DNA of 63,750 nt, filler included, from Aduncisulcus paluster (GCA_024181965.1; 26 parts of 26 records of this genome joined end to end with filler, not necessarily neighbours in it), one strand, 5' to 3'; numbered from the whole stretch's first letter, positions 10,798-21,811 are shown. Numbers and translations are program-made. The notes: generated by a model not told the origin, from the letters alone.

Positions 10798-13290
10798 ACT
10801 GGTGTTCCCAAAGGTGTTGCGGTGACTCAGCACAATGTGATTCAGCTGTTCGACGAGCTGGATATCGGCGTGCAACTGGCTCCGGATCAGGTGTGGACAC
10901 AGTTCCACTCTTATGCGTTCGATTTCTCGGTGTGGGAGATCTGGGGTGCGCTCCTGCACGGCGGCCGGTTGGTGGTGGTGCCCGACTCGGTGGCGCGCAC
11001 GCCGGAGGACTTCCATGATCTCTTGGTTGGCGAGGGTGTCACGGTGTTGACCCAAACACCCTCCGCGGCCGGGATGCTCTCACCGGACGGACTGGAGTCG
11101 ACGTCGTTGGTGATCGGTGCCGAGCCCTGCCCGCCCGAGTTGGTTCGTCGGTGGGCCCCGGGACGGGTGATGGTCAATGTCTATGGCCCGACCGAAACAA
11201 CCATGTGGGCCTGCAAGAGTGAGCCGCTGCGCGCGGACTCGTCGGGTCAATCGGTGCCGATCGGTTCGCCGGTCGCGCACGCGGCGTTCTTTGTGCTCGA
11301 CAGGTGGCTGCGCCCGGTGGCCGACGGTGTTGTCGGCGAGTTGTATCTGGCAGGTTCCGGAGTCGGATCCGGCTATTGGCGCCGCACGGCGTTGACGGGG
11401 GCGCGGTTCGTGGCCTGCCCGTTCGGGAAGCCAGGCGACCGTATGTACAGGACCGGGGATTTGGTGTCGTGGGGTTCGGACGGGCAGCTGCAATACCTAG
11501 GGCGAGCCGATGAGCAGGTGAAGATTCGCGGATATCGGATCGAACTCGGCGAGATTGAGGCCGCACTGGTGCGACTGGATGGGGTGCGGCAGGCGGCGGT
11601 GATCGCCCGTGAAGATCGTCCCGGTGACAAGCGACTCGTCGCCTACATCACCGGCACCGCGGATCCACTCGGCGCTCGTGCCGCACTGGCCGAGCAACTC
11701 CCGGGATACATGGTGCCGGCAGCGGTGGTGGTGATGGAGACGTTACCCCTGACGGTGAATGGCAAGTTGGACAAGCGCGCGCTTCCCGCACCCGAATACC
11801 GCGATCTCGGTGCGGATTACCGAGCACCATCGACCCCCGTGGAGGAGGTTTTGGCGGGGATATATGCCCAAGTGCTCGGTGTTGATCAGGTCGGCGTGGA
11901 CGACTCGTTCTTCGACCTGGGCGGCGACAGCATTTTGTCGATGCAAGTTACCTCCCGTGCGCGCGCAGCGGGTGTCTTGTGCCGGCCCCGTGACATCTTC
12001 GTGGAGCAGACCGTGGCCCGGCTGTCGAGGGTGGTGACGCTGGCCGACAACGACACCCGGAATGTCGATGAAGGCATCGGACTCGTCGAGGCGACTCCGA
12101 TCATGCACTGGCTCCACAGCGTGCAGGGCCCCGTCGACCGCTTCAACCAGACGGTGGTGCTGCAAGCCCCGGTGGGGGCCGATGAGGCCGACATCGTCGT
12201 TCTGCTTCAGGAGCTGCTGGACCGACACGCGACTCTGCGGCTGCGCGCCGAGAGCAGTGATAGCGGCTGGCTACTGCGCGTGCCCGACAAGGGATCTGTC
12301 GATGCCCGAGCGTGCATTCGTACCGTCGAAGCGCTATCCGATGAAGCGTTGGGGGCAGCGTGTTCGCGGTTGGATCCGGGAGCCGGAGTGATGCTCAGCG
12401 CCGTGTGGGCCCCCGGCGGAGGCCAGTTGGCGTTGACGATTCACCATCTCGCGGTGGACGGGGTGTCATGGCGAATCCTGTTAGAGGACTTGAATATTGC
12501 CTGGGTGCAACGCCGCAACGGTCAGGACGTGGTGCTGGCGGGTTCAGGGACATCCTTCGCTCGATGGGCGTCCCTGCTGCACGAGTACGCACAACGTGCG
12601 GGTGTGGTGGAGTCGGCGGATATCTGGCGATCGGTATCCGCGGTTCCGCCGGCGCTGCCTGTGGTGCGGCCCGGCGTGGACACCTACGCCACCGCCGGCT
12701 CGTTGTCGGTATCCCTGGATGCCGACGTCACACGGATGCTGCTTAGCGAGGTTCCGGCGGCTTTTCATGCTGGGGTGCAAGATATCTTGCTCATCGCGTT
12801 CGGATTGGCGTGGAACGAATTCTTGGGCGCAGGGGGAGCTCCCATCGGTATCGACCTCGAAGGCCATGGCCGCGCCGAAGAATTGGTCACCGATGTTGAT
12901 CTGTCGCGGACGGTGGGATGGTTTACCGCCAAGTACCCGGTTGCACTTTCGATGGGCCAACTCACATGGGCGCAGGTGATCGACGGCGGCCCGGCTCTGG
13001 GCGCCGCCGTGAAGGCAGTCAAAGAACAGCTTCGGGACCTCCCGGATCCACTGACCTACGGCCTACTGCGGTATCTGAATCCGGAAGTCGGCCTCCCGGA
13101 TTCAGATCCGACTATCGGCTTCAACTATCTCGGACGCTTGGGCGCAGGAGCGACGGACGTCTCCGACGAGCTGTGGCGGATCAGCCAGGAGAATTTGTTA
13201 TTGACCGGTGCATCCTCAGCGATACCGATGCCCATGATGCACACCGTAGAGGTCAACGCCGGCGTCCTGGAATCAAGTGTGGGGATGGGG
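10798..13290 (+). CDS. Non-ribosomal peptide synthetase fragment (A-PCP-E), mycobacterial type; partial at both ends
   Basis: A-domain motifs [40 protein letters not shown] and [17 protein letters not shown]. Epimerase motifs [22 protein letters not shown] and FNYLG. Confidence 0.97.
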
Positions 13291-13390
13291 NNNNNNNNNN
13301 NNNNNNNNNNNNNNNNNNNNNNNNNNNNNNNNNNTTAATTAATTAANNNNNNNNNNNNNNNNNNNNNNNNNNNNNNNNNNNNNNNNNNNN

Positions 13391-13648
13391 GTTGCGCCAG
13401 ATCGTGAGGCGCGTCAGTTCGGGCGCAATGCCCCCCTCGGCCAGAAGCTGTTTCACGATCCGAGCGGCGACGGTGGGGCGATAGGGTGCGTGGCAGTTGT
13501 CGGCCCGACGGCGGGCGTCAACGATCTTCTTCCCGCCGTGGTAGAAGCAGACGTTCAGGCCGCGCACGGCGATGGCTCCGCAGCCTTCCTTGCCGCACGT
13601 CCGTTGCCCGCCATTCCCGAACTGCGTCCGCGCCCACGAAAACCGCAT
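13391..13648 (-). CDS. Small Cys/His zinc-finger-like phage protein (C-x4-C-x9-C-x2-HGG; HGGxSTG-like); 3' partial
   Basis: The minus frame reads RTCGKEGCGAIAVRGLNVCFYHGG, while the + frame of the vWA ORF has stops at ~13482 and ~13542. Confidence 0.55.
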
Positions 13649-13700
13649 GAAGATCGTGGCTTTCCTGTTCGCCGGGCTGAACAACCTGCAACAGCAGCAA

Positions 13701-13732
<32 letters not shown>

Positions 13733-14951
13733 GCAAGACGACCAGCAGGGCGACCAGAAGGGCGACCAGCAGGGCGACCAGCAGGGCGACCAGCAAGACG
13801 GCCAGCAAGACGACGGCGACGACGGCCAGCAAGACGACGGCGACGACGGCCAGCAGGGCGAAGGCGAAGGCGAAGGCGAAGGCAAGGGCGAAGGCGACCA
13901 GCAGGGCGAAGGCAAGGGCGACGGTGACGCGGACGGCGACGACGACGACGACGCCAACGAAAGCAAACCCGGCAAAGCTGGCGGGCTGCAAGACAACGGC
14001 AAGCCCGTGCCTGTCCCGCCGCCTGCGATGGACCTGCAAGCGGCCCGCGATCAGGCGCTGGCGGACGCGGCCCCGGACCTCAAAGGGCAGAAAGTCAGCT
14101 CGACCCGGACCGGGACCGCGCTGATTGCCAGCGACGCGGAGGCCGAACAATACCGCCGCCTCCTGCTCAACGCGGGCAGTTCGAACGGCTCGGCGCAGCA
14201 ATCCCGCGCCGCCGCCTCGGCCATTGACGCCCGCGCCCTCGCGGACGCGGCCCGGCGCGGCCTGCAATCGGTTGAGAAGATCCAGCAAGAGCGCCGTTTG
14301 CAGGTCGGACGGCTCGACCGTCGCGGCCTGACCCGCGCCACGATGGGCGCGCAGGACGTCTTTGCGCGTCGCACGGTGACGCCGGGCATTGATACCGCTG
14401 TTCTGGTGATGGTGGACGGCTCAAGTTCGATGAATGACAGCGTAAGCCTGCGAGGGCGTTACGGCTATGTGTCCGCCACGCGCCACACGGCCACAATGGG
14501 CGCGCTTGCGCTGATCCTCCCGGCGCTGCACCGCGCGCGGGCGCAGGTCGCGGCCATGATGTTCACGAGCTACGAGCAACGGTTGTATTGGCTGAACCAG
14601 TGGCACGAGGTGCCGACGACGGCGAACATGCTCGCAACGCACGGCCCGACGGCAGCATATGGCGGCACGCCCATGTTGCTCGAAGCCCGCACGGCAGTTG
14701 CGCAACTCAAGGCACGCCGGGCGACGCGTCGCGTCTGCCTGTGGCTCGCTGACGGTGAACCGGGCGACGCCGCCCACCAAGTCCAAGCCGAACTTGAGCG
14801 CGGACGCCGGGCGGGCATCGAGCACTTGGCGATTGGCCTGCAAGCGCCGCTCATCCGTGATCTGTTCGGCCCCAACTACTCGGTGAACCTCTCCGATCTG
14901 GGCAAACTGCCTAACGCGTTCCGTGACCTCCTGTTGGGGGATGCGAAATGA
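13647..14951 (+). CDS. CobT-like vWA-domain protein with Q/D/G-rich linker; N-terminal domain apparently missing
   Basis: GRLDRR, DVF.RR, VLVMVDGSSSM (MIDAS DxSxS), GGTP and LADGEP, preceded by polyQ/GDQQ/GEGE low-complexity sequence. Confidence 0.85.
13689..13955 (+). repeat. Coding microsatellite / low-complexity tract: (CAG/CAA)n, GDQQ, QQDDGDDG and GE repeats
   Basis: Seen directly in the sequence. Confidence 0.9.
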
Positions 14952-15052
14952 GCCGCGCCCCGCGCCCCGGCATGATCCGGCATTTCCTTGAATGTCTCGT
15001 TGGCGGCCTGTCGATCTGCCTCGCCCTTTGGGTGCTGTTGATCCTGTTCTGA
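14948..15052 (+). CDS. 34-aa single-TM small protein
   Basis: ATGA overlap with the vWA stop. Reads MSRAPRPGMIRHFLECLVGGLSICLALWVLLILF and is followed by a terminator. Confidence 0.6.
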   Translation: MSRAPRPGMIRHFLECLVGGLSICLALWVLLILF

Positions 15053-15080
15053 CCAGCAACGACCCACAAAACGCTGATTT

Positions 15081-15107
15081 GGCCGGGCAATGCCCGGCCT
15101 TTTCTTT
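15081..15107 (+). terminator. Rho-independent terminator
   Basis: GGCCGGGCA-A-TGCCCGGCC hairpin followed by TTTTCTTT. Confidence 0.85.
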
Positions 15108-15173
15108 GCCTGTGGTGCTGTTCGCGCATATCCTCCTGCGCAATCACCCACCAACTGCACGAGAGCGCACGAC

Positions 15174-15578
15174 ATGGCCCGCAAAGCATCCCGCAAGCCC
15201 GATCCCGCCGCCGATCCCGGCCCGCTCGACCTCGATCCCCTCGCGCCCGCCGGGGGCGGCTTTGCCGATCTGTTGGCCGATCCAACTGACACGCAACCGA
15301 CAGGCAACCGTGACCCTTCGGATATATTCGAATTTGATGATATGTCCAACGCATCCGATACGGACCTTGCGCGCTTTGCTTTGCGCCTGATTTTGCAGGA
15401 TAAAACCGCCCCGGCAGCATCGCGCGCGGCGGCGGCTCGGACCTTGGCGGAAATGGCGGGCGCGCTCGGACGGCACGCGCCGCCGCCCTCGAAAGCCTCC
15501 AAGCCGATCACGGAAATGACCCGCGAAGAACTGGAAGCGGAGTTGAACGCGGGAGATTCCAGCGCACCCGCCACCTAA
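15174..15578 (+). CDS. Phage protein, candidate terminase small subunit
   Basis: ATG 15174 with GAGAG RBS. The C-terminal AASRAAAARTLAEMAGALG...ITEMTREELEA pattern resembles TerS-like proteins (inference). Confidence 0.5.
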   Translation: MARKASRKPDPAADPGPLDLDPLAPAGGGFADLLADPTDTQPTGNRDPSDIFEFDDMSNASDTDLARFALRLILQDKTAPAASRAAAARTLAEMAGALGRHAPPPSKASKPITEMTREELEAELNAGDSSAPAT

Positions 15579-15780
15579 ACCCCCGAAAACATTAATGAAG
15601 TCACGCCCACCATTAGGGAGAGTTGGGCGTGATCTGCCCTCGAACTGGCCCGATCCGCCACGTCCGCGCCCCGCGTCCACGCGGCCCCGGACGCGGCCCG
15701 ACCCCACCCCCCGGCCTCCCCCGCGCGCCGCGCCGTTTATATTATCGGGTCCAAATACAAAGCGCGGATTTTCCTGACTT

Positions 15781-15797
15781 TTTGACACTTTAGACAA
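15781..15797 (+). promoter_or_regulatory. Repeated phage intergenic motif TTTGAC-N4-TAGACAA, copy 1
   Basis: A second copy at 25896-25912 matches 13 of 17 positions. Both precede structural gene blocks. Confidence 0.5.
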
Positions 15798-15924
15798 ACG
15801 AAACGAGGGGGAAGCCTCGAAACCCCCGGTTTCGTGGGGAAACCCCTAGCTTTCGCTTCATTGCCCCGGCCTTTGTTGGTTACGTCTGTTGGCAGAGCCA
15901 ACAAACTCCCAGCAAGGGCGAGCA

Positions 15925-18900
15925 ATGACCGAGCCAGTTCCGACCAAGCGCGACCGGGAATATTCGTTCCGCAACTTTCAGGTTGGGCAGCCGCAGGCTC
16001 CCCTGCCCGGCGATAAGCTGGACAGCGAACTTGACGAAACCAATTCCGCCCTCGCCACGCTGATCGACTTCGTGCGTCAGGCCATTGCCGACGACGGCAA
16101 GGTCCGCATTGATTCCGTGGACTTCACCAGCTTCAAGGGCGAGCAAGGCGACCCCGGCCCCGTCGGGCCTGTCGGCCCTCTCGGTCCCGTCGGCCCGCAG
16201 GGTCCGACCGGCCCCGTCGGTCCGACCGGCGTTCAGGGTCCGCAAGGCCCCGACGGTATTCGCGGCCCGCAAGGTCCGCAGGGCCTGATCGGCCCCACGG
16301 GTCCGCAGGGTCCGCAGGGCTTGGCAGGTCCGCAAGGTGCCGTCGGCTCGACCGGCCCGGAAGGTCCGCGCGGCCCCGTCGGCGTGGAAGGCCCCACCGG
16401 CCCCGAAGGTATTCGCGGCCCGGAAGGCCCCATCGGTCCCGAAGGCTCCGCCGGTCCGCAGGGTCCGCAGGGCCTCAAGGGTGTGCAGGGCGATCAAGGC
16501 ATCCCCGGCCCGCAGGGTCCGTCCGGCGTGGCAGGCCCCGCCGGTGCGCAGGGTCCGCAAGGCCCGACCGGCGATCAAGGTATTCTCGGCCCGCAAGGCC
16601 CCTCCGGCGTTGCCGGTCCTGCTGGCGCGCAAGGCCCCGAAGGCCCGACCGGGCCGCAGGGTCTGATCGGCCCCACCGGCGCGGCTGGTGCGGCTGGCCC
16701 GGCAGGCGCTCAAGGCCCCGAAGGCCCCACGGGTCCGCAAGGCGCTGCCGGTCCGCAAGGCCCGCAGGGTGACGCAGGCGTGGCAGGCCCGCAGGGCGCG
16801 GCTGGCGTGAAAGGTTCGCAGGGCGACGCGGGCGCAATCGGTCCGCAAGGCCCGGCTGGCGTCGCTGGCCCGGCTGGTGCGCAAGGCCCCGAAGGTCCGA
16901 CCGGCCCGCAGGGCCTCGTCGGCCCCACCGGCTTGACCGGCCCGCAAGGCTCGGCAGGTCCGCAGGGTCCGACCGGCCCCACCGGCGCGCAGGGCCTCGC
17001 AGGTCCGACGGGTCCGGCAGGCCCGGCAGGTCCGCAGGGCGTGGCCGGTCCGCAAGGCACCGTGGGCGCGCAAGGCCCCGAAGGCCCGATTGGTCAGTCC
17101 TTCGTGCCGGACGAGGCGGGCCTTACCGCTGACCGCGCGGCCTACGACGCGGAACCTATGGGCTTCGCCTTCCTCGATACGCAGGCGGGGATTATCTACT
17201 GGAAACTCTCGAACACGCTGGCCGATTGGTCGGCGGGCGTGAACTTCGGGCGCGGCCCGACCGGCGCGCAAGGCCCGGCAGGTCCGCAGGGCGACCAAGG
17301 CCCCGTCGGTCTGACCGGCCCGCAGGGTGACATTGGCCCGCAGGGTCCGCAGGGTGACACCGGCCTGACCGGCCCGCAGGGCATTCAAGGCCCGCAGGGC
17401 GATCAGGGCGTCCAAGGCCCGCAGGGCGACCAAGGCCCCACCGGCCCGACCGGCCCGCAAGGTCCGCGCGGCTACACCGGCGACACCGGCCCGCAGGGTG
17501 TGCAGGGCACGCAAGGCCCGCAGGGTGTGCAAGGCCCCATCGGCCCGGCTGGCCTCTACTGGCAGGGCGCTTACGCCGCAGGCACCGCCTACGCGGCGAA
17601 CGACGTCGTGTCCTACTCGGGCAGCGCCTACGTCGCCAAGCAGGCGACGACCGGCAACGTGCCGACCAACACGACCTATTGGAGCCTGCTCGCGCAGAAG
17701 GGCGCGACCGGGGCCACCGGCGCGCAGGGTCCGACCGGCCCCACGGGTCCGCAGGGCCTCAAGGGCGACACCGGCGACACCGGCCCCATCGGCCCGCAGG
17801 GCGTCGAAGGCCCCACGGGTCCGACCGGCAGCCAAGGCCCGAAGGGCGACAAGGGCGACACTGGCCTGACCGGCCCGCAGGGTATTCAAGGCCCGACCGG
17901 CGCGACCGGCGCGCAGGGTCCGATTGGCAACACCGGCCCGCAAGGCGCGACCGGCGCGACCGGCCCGCAGGGTATTCAAGGCCCGCAGGGCAACATCGGC
18001 CCGGCGGGCCTGACGTGGCTCGGGGCCTACTCCGCCGCGACCGCCTACGTCGCGACCGACGCCGTGTCCTACGGCGGGCGCGCCTATGTCGCGAAGGGGG
18101 CCACCACCGGCAACCTGCCGACGAACACGACCTATTGGGATTTGGTGGCCGACAAGGGCGCGACCGGCGCGACCGGCGCGCAAGGCCCCATCGGTCCGCA
18201 AGGCTCCCTCGGCCCGACCGGCCCGAAGGGTGACACCGGCGCGACCGGGGCCACGGGTCCNNNNNNNNNNNNNNNNNNNNNNNNNNNNNNNNNNNNNNNN
18301 NNNNNNNNNNNNNNNNNNNNNNNNNNNNNNNNNNNGGGCGACACCGGCCCCACCGGCCCGCAAGGCCCCGACGGACCCGAAGGTCCGCAGGGTCCGCAGG
18401 GCAACACCGGCTTGACCGGCCCGCAAGGCCCCGCAGGTCCGACCGGCGCGACGGGTCCGCAGGGTTCGTCCGGCCCGACGGGTCCGACCGGCCCCGCTGG
18501 CGCGGACGGCGCGGAGTGGCACAACGCGGGCAGCGCGGCCCCCACCGGCACGCTCGGCGTGATCGGGGATTGGGCGCTGCGCTCGAACGGCTACGTCTAC
18601 GAGAAGACCGGCACGTCCACGTGGACCTATCGGTATTCGATCCAAGGCCCGACGGGTCCGCAGGGTCCGACCGGCCCCACGGGTCCGCAAGGTGCGCAGG
18701 GTCCGCAAGGTATTCAGGGCCAGACCGGCCCGACCGGCTCGACCGGCCCCGTGGGTCCGGCAGGCGTGGACGCGTCCGCACCCATCGGCGCGTTCGCATG
18801 GTTCGCGGGCACGACGGCCCCCGACGGCTGGCTGATCTGTGACGGCTCGCCCGTTACCAGCCTCTATCCCGATCTGCGCGCCCATCTGACCGCGCAAGGC

Positions 18901-20094
18901 TCGCCCTTCGGCAACAACGGGTCCGACCCGCTGCGCCCGGACCTTATGACTGTTGGCCGCTTCGTGCGCTCCATGACCTCGACGCTCGCGCTCGGGACGT
19001 ATCAGGACGACGCGATCCAAGATCACGACCACAGCGCCGGTCTTGCGCACTACAGCGGCTTCACCGCGCTCTTTGGGCGGTCTTCTGCCCTTGGCTATGG
19101 CCGCCCCACCGGCGACACGGCGGACGCAAGTTCGACGTCGCCCTATACGTCGAAACTGTCTGATCGCCTTGACGCGGTAACGGCTCGCTTCGCGGACGAA
19201 ACCCGCCCGAAGAACGTCGCGCTCCTGCCGATCATCAAAGCCTACGGCGCGGTGAACATCGAAGGACAGGCCGACCTCTCGCAACTCCTGAACGCGGTCG
19301 CGACGCAGGCGGAAGCCGAAGCAGGGACCGACGACACCAAACTTATGACGCCGCTGAAAACGGCGCAGGCCATCTTGGCGGTCGGCAAAGGCACCCTCTA
19401 CGACTTCCAAGAATTTGCAGCCAGCGGAACTTGGACGAAACCGGCGAACGCGCGGCCTGACGATATTGTCGAAGTCCACGTAGTCGGCGGCGGCGGCAGC
19501 GGCGGGCGCGACAGCCAAGGCACGGCCACCGGCGGAGGCGGCGGAGGCGGCTCCGTTCGCCGCTTCACGATGGCCGAATTGGGCGCGACCGAAGACGTGG
19601 TTGTGGGCGCTGGGGGGCTGGGAACGTCGGGGGCTGGGATCGACGGCGGCAGCAGTTCGTTCGGCACCCCGTCCTCCGGCGTTGAAGTTCTTGGTCTGTT
19701 TGTTGTTGCGAGCGGCGGCAAAGGCGGCTGGACGAACATCTCGTCCGGCTCCGCTGCGGGCGGCTCGGCGGGCTACCACAGCACCACCACCATCAACACC
19801 GAGACTTGGGCCTACGGCGGGATCGGGTCGCAAACCGGCCACGGCGGATCGTCCATGTTTGGCGGCGGCGGCGGCGGCGGCACCGGGGCTAACCCTCGCC
19901 TCGGCGGACAGTCGTTCTACGCAGGCCAAGGCGGGTTCTCCCCCGGAACGGGCGACGCGACCACCGCGATGATCGACGGCACGTGGCCCGGCGGCGGCGG
20001 CGGAGGGATCAACACTTCGGCGTCTGGCGACACGCGCGGCGGCCACGGCGCGGACGGCTGCGTCCGGGTCTGGTGCTATCGGAAGGAAACCTAA
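15925..20094 (+). CDS. Collagen-like tail fibre protein with two aromatic-rich CBM-like inserts, tail-collar domain and Gly-rich C-terminal domain (internal N gap 18261-18335)
   Basis: Long (Gly-X-Y)n tracts, [22 protein letters not shown] tail-collar motif, [33 protein letters not shown], and a [10 protein letters not shown]...GGGGSGG Gly-rich domain. Confidence 0.92.
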   Translation: MTEPVPTKRDREYSFRNFQVGQPQAPLPGDKLDSELDETNSALATLIDFVRQAIADDGKVRIDSVDFTSFKGEQGDPGPVGPVGPLGPVGPQGPTGPVGPTGVQGPQGPDGIRGPQGPQGLIGPTGPQGPQGLAGPQGAVGSTGPEGPRGPVGVEGPTGPEGIRGPEGPIGPEGSAGPQGPQGLKGVQGDQGIPGPQGPSGVAGPAGAQGPQGPTGDQGILGPQGPSGVAGPAGAQGPEGPTGPQGLIGPTGAAGAAGPAGAQGPEGPTGPQGAAGPQGPQGDAGVAGPQGAAGVKGSQGDAGAIGPQGPAGVAGPAGAQGPEGPTGPQGLVGPTGLTGPQGSAGPQGPTGPTGAQGLAGPTGPAGPAGPQGVAGPQGTVGAQGPEGPIGQSFVPDEAGLTADRAAYDAEPMGFAFLDTQAGIIYWKLSNTLADWSAGVNFGRGPTGAQGPAGPQGDQGPVGLTGPQGDIGPQGPQGDTGLTGPQGIQGPQGDQGVQGPQGDQGPTGPTGPQGPRGYTGDTGPQGVQGTQGPQGVQGPIGPAGLYWQGAYAAGTAYAANDVVSYSGSAYVAKQATTGNVPTNTTYWSLLAQKGATGATGAQGPTGPTGPQGLKGDTGDTGPIGPQGVEGPTGPTGSQGPKGDKGDTGLTGPQGIQGPTGATGAQGPIGNTGPQGATGATGPQGIQGPQGNIGPAGLTWLGAYSAATAYVATDAVSYGGRAYVAKGATTGNLPTNTTYWDLVADKGATGATGAQGPIGPQGSLGPTGPKGDTGATGATGXXXXXXXXXXXXXXXXXXXXXXXXXXGDTGPTGPQGPDGPEGPQGPQGNTGLTGPQGPAGPTGATGPQGSSGPTGPTGPAGADGAEWHNAGSAAPTGTLGVIGDWALRSNGYVYEKTGTSTWTYRYSIQGPTGPQGPTGPTGPQGAQGPQGIQGQTGPTGSTGPVGPAGVDASAPIGAFAWFAGTTAPDGWLICDGSPVTSLYPDLRAHLTAQGSPFGNNGSDPLRPDLMTVGRFVRSMTSTLALGTYQDDAIQDHDHSAGLAHYSGFTALFGRSSALGYGRPTGDTADASSTSPYTSKLSDRLDAVTARFADETRPKNVALLPIIKAYGAVNIEGQADLSQLLNAVATQAEAEAGTDDTKLMTPLKTAQAILAVGKGTLYDFQEFAASGTWTKPANARPDDIVEVHVVGGGGSGGRDSQGTATGGGGGGGSVRRFTMAELGATEDVVVGAGGLGTSGAGIDGGSSSFGTPSSGVEVLGLFVVASGGKGGWTNISSGSAAGGSAGYHSTTTINTETWAYGGIGSQTGHGGSSMFGGGGGGGTGANPRLGGQSFYAGQGGFSPGTGDATTAMIDGTWPGGGGGGINTSASGDTRGGHGADGCVRVWCYRKET

Positions 20095-20558
20095 TGCGGC
20101 TCGCTGAAATCAAAGACGGCATCGTCGTCAACATCATCAAGGTTGACCCGGCTAAAATCCCCGCCTTCGCGCAGGGCTGGCCGGAAGCGACCGAAGGCGC
20201 GAGCGTCGGAGCGACCTACGACGGCGCGGCCTTCACGCCCGCCCCCGAACCTGACCGCCTCACCCCGTGGCGTGACGAAGCGACGCTGACCAAGGCGCAG
20301 TTCTGTCTGGCCGCCAAGCGCCTCGGGATGCTGGACGCAACCGAAGCCGAAGTGGCCGCCCAAGGCGGCTGGCCGGACAGCTTCGCGGACGCGCTCGCCG
20401 CCCTGCCCGTGACCATCGACCCGGCAGATGCCCGCATCGTCTGGGCCGCCGTGGCCGTGGTCTACCGCAACGATCCTGTTTTGAACGCCGTCGCGGACGC
20501 GAAAGGCATCACCCAAGACCAGCTCGACGGAATGTTTGGCTGGCAGACCTCGAACTGA
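20094..20558 (+). CDS. Tail-fibre-associated (assembly/chaperone-like) protein
   Basis: TAATG coupling to the fibre gene, [24 protein letters not shown]...G.TYDG..F.P motif. Confidence 0.7.
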   Translation: MRLAEIKDGIVVNIIKVDPAKIPAFAQGWPEATEGASVGATYDGAAFTPAPEPDRLTPWRDEATLTKAQFCLAAKRLGMLDATEAEVAAQGGWPDSFADALAALPVTIDPADARIVWAAVAVVYRNDPVLNAVADAKGITQDQLDGMFGWQTSN

Positions 20559-20569
20559 CGGAGAACCCC

Positions 20570-20788
20570 ATGACGACGATCACGGCAGAGAACGTCCACG
20601 AATACGGGATCGGCCAGAACTTCACCGGCACGATCTACGCCCGCGACCTCGGGCAAGTCGTCTACGGCGACGACGTGGGCCTGCTCACGACCAGCAACCC
20701 CGAGAAGTCCGGCGGCACCGTGCCTTACTGGAAAGAATACTCTTACGACCGCTGGTGGAAAATCGGCCTCAAGGCCACGTCGGCCTGA
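20570..20788 (+). CDS. Hypothetical phage protein (72 aa)
   Basis: GGAGA RBS, phage-like codon usage, fits between its neighbours. Confidence 0.75.
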   Translation: MTTITAENVHEYGIGQNFTGTIYARDLGQVVYGDDVGLLTTSNPEKSGGTVPYWKEYSYDRWWKIGLKATSA

Positions 20789-20799
20789 TCGGGTGAAGC

Positions 20800-21072
20800 A
20801 TGGAAGAACACGCTCGCCTGACCCGGATCGAAGACAAGCTGGACAAACTCGCGGACGCGATGGTCACGCTTGTCCGTGTTGAAGAACGCGTTGTGACGAT
20901 CTTCAACCGCCTCGACATGCTCGACCACAACACCGCCACGATCACGGGGCGGCTGCTTGCGGTTGAGAAGGTCACGGACGGGCGCGGCGTGGTCTTCCGC
21001 ATCCTCGACCGCCTTCTGTGGATCGTCGTTTCGGCGGTCACTGGCTACCTGATCTACCTCTTTAAGAAGTGA
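20800..21072 (+). CDS. Coiled-coil + C-terminal TM protein (holin/antiholin-like)
   Basis: RLTRIEDKLDKL heptads and a single C-terminal TM, directly upstream of the endolysin. Confidence 0.7.
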   Translation: MEEHARLTRIEDKLDKLADAMVTLVRVEERVVTIFNRLDMLDHNTATITGRLLAVEKVTDGRGVVFRILDRLLWIVVSAVTGYLIYLFKK

Positions 21073-21077
21073 GCGAC

Positions 21078-21623
21078 ATGCGCAAGATCACCGAAATTTT
21101 CGTCCATTGCTCCGCCACTCAGCCCGAGTGGATGGAGGGCCAAAGCATCGAAGCCAAGAAAGCCGAAATCGACCGCTGGCACCGCGCGCGCGGGTTCAGC
21201 ATGATCGGCTATCACTACCTGATCGACCGCGACGGCACGATCACCCACGGACGCCCCGAGGCGCAAGTGGGCGCACACGTGAAGGGGCACAACGCCAATT
21301 CCATCGGCGTCTGTCTGTTCGGCGGCTTCGGGTCTGAGGCGACCGACGACTTCACCAAGAACTTCACCCCGGCGCAGAACCTCGCGCTGAAATCCGTGCT
21401 GAAATCGCTCGCGCTGAACTACCCGGACGCGAAGGTCCGGGGGCACAACGAAGTCGCGGCCAAAGCCTGCCCCGGCTTCACGGTGGCGAAGTGGCTGAAC
21501 TCGGGCGCGACTTTTGCGCCGCAAGTGTCTGTTTCGCCGCCCGCCAAAACCAGCACGTCCAACCCGCTCGCCGGGCTGATCGAATTCATCGCGGGGCTGT
21601 TCGCCCCCAAGGGGGTCAAATGA
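21078..21623 (+). CDS. Endolysin, N-acetylmuramoyl-L-alanine amidase (T7 lysozyme / Amidase_2 type)
   Basis: IFVHCSAT, IGYHYLI, GAHVKGHN.NSIGVC and GHNEVAAKACPGF. Alternative GTG start at 21069. Confidence 0.95.
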   Translation: MRKITEIFVHCSATQPEWMEGQSIEAKKAEIDRWHRARGFSMIGYHYLIDRDGTITHGRPEAQVGAHVKGHNANSIGVCLFGGFGSEATDDFTKNFTPAQNLALKSVLKSLALNYPDAKVRGHNEVAAKACPGFTVAKWLNSGATFAPQVSVSPPAKTSTSNPLAGLIEFIAGLFAPKGVK

Positions 21624-21811
21624 CCAAAGCAGACCTCGTGCCCCTCGTCCGCATCGCGCTCTACCTGCTGGCCGGTTGGCTCTCGGCGCAGGGCACGGAC
21701 AGCCTCGTCGTGGACTACCTGCGCACGGACCCGCAGATCGCGGGCGCAATCGTCGCGGCCCTGACCGGCCTGTGGTGGCAGATCGCCAAGCGCAAGGGCT
21801 GGGCGACGTGA
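21620..21811 (+). CDS. Putative holin (63 aa, 2 TM)
   Basis: ATGA overlap with the endolysin, two hydrophobic segments, basic C-terminus (KRKGW). Confidence 0.75.
   Translation: MTKADLVPLVRIALYLLAGWLSAQGTDSLVVDYLRTDPQIAGAIVAALTGLWWQIAKRKGWAT

Noticed and set aside
13343-14002. Poly-Cys / CWSP-repeat protein on the minus strand
   Set aside because: It is the antisense reading of the CAG/GDQQ repeats. Only the part below 13648 looks like a real protein.
15090-15173. N-terminal extension of the 162-aa ORF
   Set aside because: The start lies inside the terminator hairpin. ATG 15174 has an RBS.
15925-20094. Diversity-generating retroelement or invertible tail-fibre cassette
   Set aside because: No reverse transcriptase, adenine-specific TR/VR pair or invertase is on this contig. 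The duplicated inserts differ at all base types.
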